From the NCBI GenBank assembly GCA_040902005.1, contig JBBDYA010000088.1, positions 50,702 through 80,077 on the forward strand: DNA of 29,376 bases, written 5' to 3'. A model generated the notes under the pieces. The model searched no databases. It saw nothing but the letters and a program-made list of their open reading frames with translations, and was not told the DNA's origin. Of the stretch, positions 17,101-23,922 are shown in pieces (within the stretch, counting starts at the first letter, position 1; each line of letters opens with the position of its first letter). The stretch comes from Gemmatimonadaceae bacterium. GTDB taxonomy: Bacteria; Gemmatimonadota; Gemmatimonadetes; Gemmatimonadales; Gemmatimonadaceae. The translations under genes were made by a program, and so were the position numbers.

Positions 17101-17307
17101 GAACAGCGTGAGCACCCGCTGATCGTCGGAGCCCACGCGCAGGCGGCACGTGAGCCCGCGGCGCTGAAGCAGGTCGTCGGCGGTATCGACGTACAGCTCG
17201 CGGTACAGCACCCGGGTGGACGCGGACGCCGTCTCCAGAGTCTGCGACGCGAGCTGCTCGAGCTGCTCGGCCGAGACGACGTCGTATCGGCGTTCGCGAA
17301 TGGTCAA
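14170..17307 (-). CDS. ppk1: Polyphosphate kinase 1 with N-terminal CYTH-like and Nudix-like extension (1045 aa)
   Basis: PPK1 domain from about 16200 to 14170: ANLDEFFMVRVAGL, HPFP, LLHHPFD, IKMTIYR, ELKARFDEERN, KNHAK (phospho-His), HAGTGNYN, GRFLEHAR, GSAD..RNLRRRVE. N-terminus has CYTH pattern LYVDTADDLLQRRGLTCRLR. TTG start. Confidence 0.92.
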   Translation of the reverse strand: MTIRERRYDVVSAEQLEQLASQTLETASASTRVLYRELYVDTADDLLQRRGLTCRLRVGSDDQRVLTLFVGTSNDAAPPRRHEAKVDSIDPRVVLAGDTEPARRLAAVVDARLLQTRIELHVERTLRTTDADWLGRPRLRLMYDRVQVRSGMSTRAFHQLTVRSDRRDGRAFERTCAELQSGAGLRPIVAGTRERAQLLLKWMEREERGRAKLSDSGVALVLTRASRVALFKRGDVLFLPLERGVGVGAARTLLDRCARDAGSDTRLLGRVSSLGPMPAVEVWTADVRPDAAITPDEGEVVWLGLEEILQSAATLHPDALAALAVASRSGLIAETREPRAEMRRSIEITGFGRAMTGSAEGEAVLGDPRFLNAEMSILEFTTRVLALAEDIRTPLGERFRFLAIVSANLDEFFMVRVAGLKRSALEQSEERTPDGLTPRQQLDLISLHVRSLVARQHRCYAACAAEAAAHGLRLVAWHELDVSRRDQLRALMRDELLPALTPLAMTLSPGHPFPRLRHLSLSLAVVLLDRPGAAPHFAQVELPDDAPRFTPVPGMNAVISLEELVRANLDLLYPSSVVEQAYSFRVTRGAELEIDEDRSPSLLHAVEEASKKRFEQPVVRVEVERAMPAVLRDVVVRELRREHGGSALDTEDLYEVDGPLDLGALAELPLLSDPALAFAPFHGGDPLPPDRDIWSAIAERDRLLHHPFDAYDATVVRFFREAADDPDVTTIKMTIYRAGARSPIIAALVDAAARGKDVVVFMELKARFDEERNVDWARRLEQAGGRVVHGLVGVKNHAKVALVVRREGTRLRRYIHAGTGNYNVETAGRYTDLSLLSADEELSADVQDLFNELTGSSRAPHQLTRGCLISPQQLLPELLAKIEREAAHARAGRGGHVRMKVNGLSEPDVVSALFRASQDGVRVELVVRSVCTMRPGISGVSENITVVSVLGRFLEHARVFHFANAGSPEYYIGSADLRPRNLRRRVELLTPVRDRACRAQLDALLDAYLNDPTAWELTSAGEYVRRHGAGASAQEQLAGAVMTPA

Positions 17308-17363
17308 GGACGGATGTGAGTCTGAGGGAGTTAGCTTAGGCGTCGTACGCTACAACCCAGCAC

Positions 17364-18311
17364 ATGATCACGAAAGACGACGTTGCCGCTGCGCGCGAAC
17401 GGATTCGCCCGCACGTCCATGAAACGCCCCTGCTCAGGTCCACCCGTCTGGGCGACCGTTCCGGCGGCGTGCACCTGCTGCTGAAGTGCGAGTCGCTCCA
17501 GCGCACCGGCTCCTTCAAGGCGCGCGGGGCACTGAACGCCATGATGCAGCTGAGCCACGCCGAGCGGGCGAAGGGGGTAGTGACCGTGTCCGCCGGCAAT
17601 CACGCGCAGGCGCTGGCGTGGGCGTCCGCCCTGGTGGGCGCGGAGTGCATCACCGTGATGCCGGAGTCCGCCCCGGAGTCCAAGGTGCGGGCCACCCAGG
17701 GCTATGGCGGGCAGGTGGAACTGGTGGGCGGCGAACGGCACCGCATCTTCGATCGGGCGAATGAAATCGCCGCGGGCGGCCGCGTCATGGTGCATCCGTT
17801 CGAGGATGCGAACGTGGCGGCGGGACAGGGAACCGTGGCCCTCGAACTCCTGGAGCAATGCCCGGACCTTGGCGCCGTCGTCGTGCCCATCGGCGGTGGC
17901 GGCCTGATCGCGGGGATGGCCGTGGCCCTCAAGGAACTGCGGCCGGCGCTGCGCGTATTTGGCGTGGAGCCCGAAGGCGCGCCCACCATGCGCAAGAGCC
18001 TGGACGCCGGCTCGCCACAGCAGATTTCGCCCAGCACGGTCGCCGACGGGCTGGCCGCCCCCATGGTGGGCGAAATGACACTGGATGCCGTGCGCCGGCT
18101 GGCGGAGGACGTGGTGCTGGTGAGCGACGAGGACATTCTCTCGGCGATGCGCGACCTGGCCGCGTACACCAAGCTCGTGGCGGAACCGGCGGGGGCCGCA
18201 GCGGTCGCGGCCCTCCTGTCAGGACGGGTTCAGCTCGAGCGCGGAACGAAGGTGGCCGCGATCATCAGCGGCGGGAATGTGGATCTGGAGCGACTGAAGA
18301 CGCTGCTGTAG
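17364..18311 (+). CDS. PLP-dependent threonine/serine dehydratase family protein (short form, no ACT domain)
   Basis: KCESLQRTGSFKARGA (PLP Lys), SAGNHAQ, VHPFED..AGQGT, PIGGGGL, EPAGA, ISGGN. Confidence 0.92.
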   Translation: MITKDDVAAARERIRPHVHETPLLRSTRLGDRSGGVHLLLKCESLQRTGSFKARGALNAMMQLSHAERAKGVVTVSAGNHAQALAWASALVGAECITVMPESAPESKVRATQGYGGQVELVGGERHRIFDRANEIAAGGRVMVHPFEDANVAAGQGTVALELLEQCPDLGAVVVPIGGGGLIAGMAVALKELRPALRVFGVEPEGAPTMRKSLDAGSPQQISPSTVADGLAAPMVGEMTLDAVRRLAEDVVLVSDEDILSAMRDLAAYTKLVAEPAGAAAVAALLSGRVQLERGTKVAAIISGGNVDLERLKTLL

Positions 18312-18996
18312 CGGCGTCGGGATCCGTCGGTCGCGAGCGGCCACGACTCTCGCGAAACGCGAAGTACGTGAACGCCAGCCACACCCCGCCGATCAACACG
18401 CCTCCCACGACGTCGGTGGGCCAGTGGACCCCCAGGTACACGCGGGAAAACAGGCTGATCGCGAGCAGTGGGACGATCACGTACGCCGGCCAGCGCCATC
18501 CCTTCACGCGATGCAGCACGATGGCGAGCGTGAGCAGCACGGCGATGCTCGCGATGGCATGGCCGCTCGGGTACGCCGCCCAGTCGTACCATCCGCGGCG
18601 AGGAATGATGTCCGGCCGGTCCCGCTCGAGCAGGAATTTCAGCGCCGGGTTCAGGCTGTTGCTGCCGATCTGCACCACCGCCACGTAGACGGCGTCATGG
18701 TAACGCTTCTCCCGCCAGGCCAGCCATGTCACGATCAGCGCGCTGAGCGGGAGCAGCGTGATGTTGGTTCCGAGCCACGGCGTGGCACCCAGCACAGCGT
18801 CCAGCCACGATGGAAGCTCGACATTCACCGCGCGCAGGAATCCGCGCTCCCACGCAAGGCCGTCGCTCCAGTCGCCGTAGTGCGTGAGCCATCGGGCGAA
18901 GGCCAGTCCGGTCAGAAACGCCAGGGCGTATCCGGCCGCAATCATCTGCCAGCGCTGCCGCCACCATGGGCGGAGCGTCGCGGTGGTCGCGGTCAC
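18265..18996 (-). CDS. PAP2 family membrane phosphatase (undecaprenyl-PP / lipid phosphate phosphatase-like)
   Basis: Canonical C1 KFLLERDRP, C2 YPSGH, C3 SRVYLGVHWPTD; multiple TM. GTG 18996 chosen because it is 10 nt after the upstream stop. The 3' end overlaps the dehydratase by 47 bp. Confidence 0.88.
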   Translation of the reverse strand: MTATTATLRPWWRQRWQMIAAGYALAFLTGLAFARWLTHYGDWSDGLAWERGFLRAVNVELPSWLDAVLGATPWLGTNITLLPLSALIVTWLAWREKRYHDAVYVAVVQIGSNSLNPALKFLLERDRPDIIPRRGWYDWAAYPSGHAIASIAVLLTLAIVLHRVKGWRWPAYVIVPLLAISLFSRVYLGVHWPTDVVGGVLIGGVWLAFTYFAFRESRGRSRPTDPDAATAASSVAPDPHSRR

Positions 18997-19006
18997 CGCG
19001 GCGGCG

Positions 19007-20422
19007 TCAGCGTCTGGGTGACAGTCGGCGGGCCGTCCACGCCACGATGGTGGTGCAGCTGCCCCCACGTCCCTGGAACTCCATCGGGGTACTCGACGGC
19101 GAGTATACCTCGATAGCGCCGACCTCGTTGGGCTTCAAGTAGTCGTCGATGTCCCCCGGCTCGATCTGCTGCCACTGCGTTCCGTCGATCCAGATGGAAA
19201 CGCAGGTCATCGGACCGCGCGCACTCTGGATGTACTGTCCGCCGCCTCCCGGCACGATGCGAATGCCGGGGACATTCCGAAGGACGTCGCTGAAGTGGAG
19301 CGACTCGCGATTGATCTCGGTGCCCTCCAGGTAGTATCCGCTGCCGAGGCGTTTGCGTCGCGCGTAGCCGATGTTCTCGAGGGCGCGATCGCGCTGCGCG
19401 CTCACACGGACCGTCTCCAGCGTCGGGACGAAGTCCTCCATCGTGATCACGACGCGCCGGCTGGCGGCCGACGACAGCTCGACCGCCGCTTCCGTGGGGG
19501 CGTATCCCAGCATGCGAACGGCGACGGATTGGGTGCCCGGCGGCAGACTGTCGAGCACGAAGCCCCCATCGGTACGGGTGCTGGCGGCGCGCGCGGTGCC
19601 CTCGAGCATCACGCGCGCGCCGACGAGGGGCGCGCCGGCCTTGTTGCGCACCTGGCCGGTGAGCCGCGCGTTGCCCACCAGCGTGGTCTCCGGCGCGCGC
19701 GCCAGCGTGCTGTCGCTCGCGTCCGTGGTGACAGCGACGACCGCGCCCGGCGCGGCGATCGACATGCTGCGCACGCCGAGCAGGTCCTCGCCGAAGTTCA
19801 TCGGGATGTCACCGCTCGTGAGGTTGCCGCGAATGACCTGCACCTTGCCATCGAGTTGGGCAGGCAGGCCGCAGATCCGATACGTGCCGTCTTGCCCCAC
19901 CTGCACTTCGCGCACGCGCGGCACCGGCTTCGTGGGATTGGCGATCTCCACCTCGTACCATACCAGCGAAACTCTGGCGCCGACGGCGGGCGCCTGCGTA
20001 TCGGCCTCCCGGACGCGTCCCATGAGGGCCGCGGGGCCACGGGCCCTCCAGGCGGGCGTGCAGAGCCGTTCGATCAGCACCGTCGACGTGGGCGTGGCGA
20101 GCTCGTGAATGGTTCCGTTGCCCGCGAGGAACATGATGCGGGCGGTTCTCAGCGTCACCCCGAGGGAATCGAGGATCGGGTGCTCCACCCGGAGGTAGTG
20201 CTCTCCCGGAGGCACGCCGGCGATCTGCCATCGTCCGTGGTCGTCCGCGACGCCCACCAGGTCGGACGTATCCACGCGCACGCGCGCTCCCGCCATTGGG
20301 CGAAATCGCACGCTGTCGTAGGCCGTTCCGAAGACGCTTGCGGTCGTGGGCGGCTGCTGGGCCAGGGCAGTGGCTGCCAGCGGCAGCGCCAGCAGCCCCT
20401 TCAAGACGGTCAAAGCTTTCAC
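19007..20422 (-). CDS. Secreted protein with three carboxypeptidase-regulatory-like domains and a C-terminal TonB-receptor plug-like domain
   Basis: Signal peptide ending ATALA-Q; three repeats of G.v.D/N...P..GARV...G.w/y/f.i..vPpG; C-terminal FSDVLRNVPGI..CVSIWIDG..EVGAIEVY..IVAWT. GTG 20422 chosen (TAACAT 8 nt upstream). Confidence 0.75.
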   Translation of the reverse strand: MKALTVLKGLLALPLAATALAQQPPTTASVFGTAYDSVRFRPMAGARVRVDTSDLVGVADDHGRWQIAGVPPGEHYLRVEHPILDSLGVTLRTARIMFLAGNGTIHELATPTSTVLIERLCTPAWRARGPAALMGRVREADTQAPAVGARVSLVWYEVEIANPTKPVPRVREVQVGQDGTYRICGLPAQLDGKVQVIRGNLTSGDIPMNFGEDLLGVRSMSIAAPGAVVAVTTDASDSTLARAPETTLVGNARLTGQVRNKAGAPLVGARVMLEGTARAASTRTDGGFVLDSLPPGTQSVAVRMLGYAPTEAAVELSSAASRRVVITMEDFVPTLETVRVSAQRDRALENIGYARRKRLGSGYYLEGTEINRESLHFSDVLRNVPGIRIVPGGGGQYIQSARGPMTCVSIWIDGTQWQQIEPGDIDDYLKPNEVGAIEVYSPSSTPMEFQGRGGSCTTIVAWTARRLSPRR

Positions 20423-20598
20423 AGTGGGGAATGTTACACCCCAGGCCGTGATTCGGACCACCGGATAGCCGCCAGGCGATCAGGCTCGCGTAAGCACCGC
20501 GCCGGCATCGCCGGCATAACGGCGCGGGCTTGGACCTTGCCCACTCCTCGTTGCGAACGACTCGCGATCCAGCGAGCACAGCAACGAGACGACACGAC

Positions 20599-21435
20599 AT
20601 GAAGATTCGCTTCATCGCGGTACTCGCCCTGCCGGTTCTGCTGGCGGTGCCCGCAAGGGCGCAGACGGTTGGCGAAATACTCGTCATCGACTGGCGCGAC
20701 GCAGGGAAGGACGTCCTCTCCGTCTGGGCCTCGCCGTTCGACGCATCCCGCCGCGACTGGCTCATCGCCGGCGCGGCTTTCGCCGTCACCGGCGTTTCCA
20801 TGCTCGTGGACCAACCGGTGAGCGACTGGGCGATAAGGAACCAGGACGCCGCCGCTTTTCGCGCGATCAGTCCTCTGCGGCGTGGCGGGGTGCTGTTCGC
20901 CGGAGAATACGTGGTGCCGCCGATCGCGCTTGCGTATGTCGCCGGCGTGGTGTTCAACAATCAGGGAGTCCGCGACTTTGTGACCGGGTGCGCCGCGAGT
21001 TGGGCGGCCAATTCCTATCTGCGAAAGGTGTCCTATCGCCTGGTCGGACGCTTACGCCCCGACTCGGTGCCCGACGATCCCCACCAGTGGGGCGGGCCCG
21101 GCTCGGGCGATGACTGGATGATGCGGTCATTCCCCGGCGGCCATGTTGCGAACGCCATGGCCTGCGCGAGCTACTGGAACCATCGCTTCGAGTGGGGCGC
21201 GGGCGAGCCCGCCCTGTACGCGGTGGCCACGGCCGTGGGCATTGGCCGGCTGGCGGACGAGGCACACTGGTTTTCCGACACGGTGATCGGTGGAGTGCTC
21301 GGCTATGCGATCGGCAAGGAGGTGGCGCGGCGCAGTCTGTCGCGCCGCGATGCGCCCTCGGCGCTCCAGACCTCGTCGATGTACATGCACCCCGAGGCGG
21401 GTGGCGTCACGTTCGGCATGCGCTGGACGTTCTAG
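20599..21435 (+). CDS. PAP2 superfamily protein with signal peptide (non-canonical motifs)
   Basis: Signal peptide MKIRFIAVLALPVLLAVPARA; VGRLRP (C1), SFPGGH (C2), GRLADEAHWFSD (C3). Confidence 0.8.
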   Translation: MKIRFIAVLALPVLLAVPARAQTVGEILVIDWRDAGKDVLSVWASPFDASRRDWLIAGAAFAVTGVSMLVDQPVSDWAIRNQDAAAFRAISPLRRGGVLFAGEYVVPPIALAYVAGVVFNNQGVRDFVTGCAASWAANSYLRKVSYRLVGRLRPDSVPDDPHQWGGPGSGDDWMMRSFPGGHVANAMACASYWNHRFEWGAGEPALYAVATAVGIGRLADEAHWFSDTVIGGVLGYAIGKEVARRSLSRRDAPSALQTSSMYMHPEAGGVTFGMRWTF

Positions 21436-22031
21436 GTTCCCTGGCGCTGGCCAAAGCGGCCGGGGATACCGGCATAGCGCTGCTGGAGCTGGGCGATGTC
21501 CCCGTCGGCGTCCCCGGTGGTGTCGAAGGGCGGCTGGATCTGGATGGCGCGGTCGCGCCAGTTGAACGCGATGGGAACGATGGGCACGCCCGCGCGGTGA
21601 GCGATGTGGTAGAACCCCGTGCGCCACCGCTCGACGTGCTTGCGCGTGCCCTCCGGCGCGACGACCAGGAACAGGCGATCGCGCCGCTGGAACTCCACGA
21701 CGATGCTGTTGACCATGTCGAAGGACCCCGAGCGGTCCACGGGCATGCCGCCGAGTCGGCGCATCAGGATGCCCAGGGGAAACGTGAACAGCGTGTGCTT
21801 GCCGAGAAAGATCACGCGGAGCCGGAGCGCGAGTTTCGCCGCCACGCCAATCGGAAAATCCCAGTTCGAGGTGTGCGGCGCCACGATGAGCACGGCCCTG
21901 GGCACGTCGGGAAACGCGCCTTCCACGCGCCACCGGAGTATCCGCAAGGCGATCCTGCCGATGGCGCTCGTCAGGAGGCCACCAACGCGGGGGACGGCGG
22001 CTCCCGGCACGGGGAGTCTTGCACGAGGCAT
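21432..22031 (-). CDS. Lysophospholipid / 1-acyl-sn-glycerol-3-phosphate acyltransferase family protein (PlsC-like)
   Basis: HX4D motif APHTSNWD, LGGMPVDR, APEGTR, GFYHIA..AGVPIVP; ATG 22031; stop overlaps the PAP2 stop (CTAG). Confidence 0.9.
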   Translation of the reverse strand: MPRARLPVPGAAVPRVGGLLTSAIGRIALRILRWRVEGAFPDVPRAVLIVAPHTSNWDFPIGVAAKLALRLRVIFLGKHTLFTFPLGILMRRLGGMPVDRSGSFDMVNSIVVEFQRRDRLFLVVAPEGTRKHVERWRTGFYHIAHRAGVPIVPIAFNWRDRAIQIQPPFDTTGDADGDIAQLQQRYAGIPGRFGQRQGT

Positions 22032-22088
22032 GGCTGGAAGGTAGAAGAGGGGAGGAAGAAACCACCACCCGCACGGTACCGGTGAGTC

Positions 22089-23870
22089 ATGAGCCCCAAC
22101 AACGCCAGGCTGCGCGTCATGGACGTTCTCGAGCGCACGGCGCGCTCCTACGGCCCCAGGCCGGCGTTGCGCGAAATGCGCGACGGCGCGTGGCGGACGT
22201 TCACGTGGGACGAATACCGTCAGCAGTGCCGCCAGGTCGCGCGCGCGCTGATCGCCATCGGCGTGCCGCCTGGCGCCGGCGTGTGCCTCATCGGCTACAA
22301 CTGCCCGGAGTGGTTCTTCGCGGACATCGGGTCGATCTATGCCGGCGCGGTGCCCGCGGGGATCTATGCGACGAATTCGCCGGAGCAGTGCGAGTACATC
22401 GCGAAGCACTGCGACGCGCCGGTGGTGTTCGTCGATGACGCGGAGCAGCTGGCCAAGTTCATCGCCGTGCGGGACCGGCTGCCAGGCCTGAAGGCGCTGG
22501 TGCTCATGCACGGCGAGTCATCGGCGCCGCGGGTGTACTCCTGGGCGAAGTTTCTCGAGTTGGGGGTGCGAACCCCGGAGGCGGAGCTGGACAAGCGCAT
22601 CGCGGCGCAGACGCCGGACGGGATGGCCACGCTGATCTACACGTCGGGCACGACGGGAACGCCGAAGGGCGTCATGCTGTCCCATGACAACCTCACGTGG
22701 ACGGCGAACAGCGCGATCGGGCTGATCGGGGGGAACGTGGACGACCACGTGGTGAGCTACCTGCCGCTGAGCCACATCGCCGAGCAGGTGGCCTCGCTGC
22801 ACGGGCCGATGGCGTTCGGCGCCTGCGTCACGTTCGCGGAGAGCATGGAGAAGCTGGGGGACGCGCTGCGGGCGGTGCGGCCGCACTATTTCCTGGCGGT
22901 GCCGCGCGTGTGGGAGAAGATCCAGGAGAAAATCATGGCGGCGGGGGCGAAGAATCCGCCGCTCAAGAAGAAGATCGCCGCCTGGGCGCGGCGGCAGGGA
23001 CTCGTCGGGGGGTATGCCGAGCAGCAGCACGTCGCGAAATCGCCGATGTACGCCATCGCGCGGGCGCTGGTCTTCAAGAAGGTGCGCGCGACCCTCGGGC
23101 TGGATCGCGCGCGCATCCTCGTGACGTCCGCGGCGCCGATCTCCCGCGACACGCTGGAGTTCTTCCTGAGCCTGGGCCTGCCGATCTGTGAGGTCTACGG
23201 GATGAGCGAATGCACGGGTCCCGCGACCGCGTCGATCCCGGACAGGTATCGCACGGGGAAGGCCGGCTTCGCGCTGCCCGGTGCGGACATCAAGATCGCG
23301 GAGGACGGCGAGGTCTGCATGCGCGGACGTCACGTGTTCCTGGGGTACTTCAAGGATCCGGCGGCCACGTCCGAGACGATGGACTCGGACGGATGGCTGC
23401 ACTCCGGCGACATCGGCACCATCGACGCGGAGGGATTCCTCCAGATCACCGACCGCAAGAAGGACCTGATCATCACCGCGGGCGGCGAGAACATCGCGCC
23501 GGCGCTGGTGGAGGGATACCTCAAGGGCATTCCCGTAGTGAGCCAGGCCGTGGTGATCGGGGATCGCCAGCGGTACCTCTCGGTGCTGCTGACGCTGAAC
23601 CAGGACCGGATCAAGCAGGACGCGGAGGCGTGCGGCAGCGGGGCGCGCGACGCGGAGACGGCCTCGCGCGACGAGAAGTTTCTCGCGTTCCTCCAGCGTC
23701 AGATCGACAACGTGAATTCGCGACTCGCGCGCGTACAGGCCGTGAAGAAGTTCCGCGTCATTCCGCACGAGTTCACGATCGAGGGCGGTGAGCTGACGCC
23801 CACGATGAAGGTCAAGCGCAAGGTCGTGACCGAGAAGTACAAGAGCGAGATCGACAAACTGTACGCGTAG
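22089..23870 (+). CDS. fadD: Long-chain fatty-acid-CoA ligase (AMP-dependent; FadD15/bubblegum-like)
   Basis: P-loop IYTSGTTGTPKG, SYLPLSHIAE, VPRVWEK, YGMSE, DGWLHSGDIG, ITDRKKDLIITAGGENIAP, ELTPTMKVKR. Confidence 0.92.
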   Translation: MSPNNARLRVMDVLERTARSYGPRPALREMRDGAWRTFTWDEYRQQCRQVARALIAIGVPPGAGVCLIGYNCPEWFFADIGSIYAGAVPAGIYATNSPEQCEYIAKHCDAPVVFVDDAEQLAKFIAVRDRLPGLKALVLMHGESSAPRVYSWAKFLELGVRTPEAELDKRIAAQTPDGMATLIYTSGTTGTPKGVMLSHDNLTWTANSAIGLIGGNVDDHVVSYLPLSHIAEQVASLHGPMAFGACVTFAESMEKLGDALRAVRPHYFLAVPRVWEKIQEKIMAAGAKNPPLKKKIAAWARRQGLVGGYAEQQHVAKSPMYAIARALVFKKVRATLGLDRARILVTSAAPISRDTLEFFLSLGLPICEVYGMSECTGPATASIPDRYRTGKAGFALPGADIKIAEDGEVCMRGRHVFLGYFKDPAATSETMDSDGWLHSGDIGTIDAEGFLQITDRKKDLIITAGGENIAPALVEGYLKGIPVVSQAVVIGDRQRYLSVLLTLNQDRIKQDAEACGSGARDAETASRDEKFLAFLQRQIDNVNSRLARVQAVKKFRVIPHEFTIEGGELTPTMKVKRKVVTEKYKSEIDKLYA

Positions 23871-23906
23871 GGAACCTCCAGCCAACTCATTCTTCAGAGG
23901 TTCCCT
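23869..23906. terminator. Stem-loop between convergent genes (possible bidirectional terminator or RNA-stabilising hairpin)
   Basis: Perfect 10-bp arms AGGGAACCTC / GAGGTTCCCT with 18-nt loop; no clear U-tract. Confidence 0.45.
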
Positions 23907-23922
23907 GGGCGGGCAGCCGTAC

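Noticed and set aside
19295..20602. 435-aa plus-strand ORF (and minus-strand 19809..20960)
   Set aside because: Overlap the carboxypeptidase-regulatory/plug gene and PAP2 in other frames; low-complexity translations.
22032..22511. 160-aa N-terminal extension of the acyltransferase ORF
   Set aside because: It is antisense to the fadD 5' end; the true start is more plausibly ATG 22031 with a -10 box 6 nt upstream.
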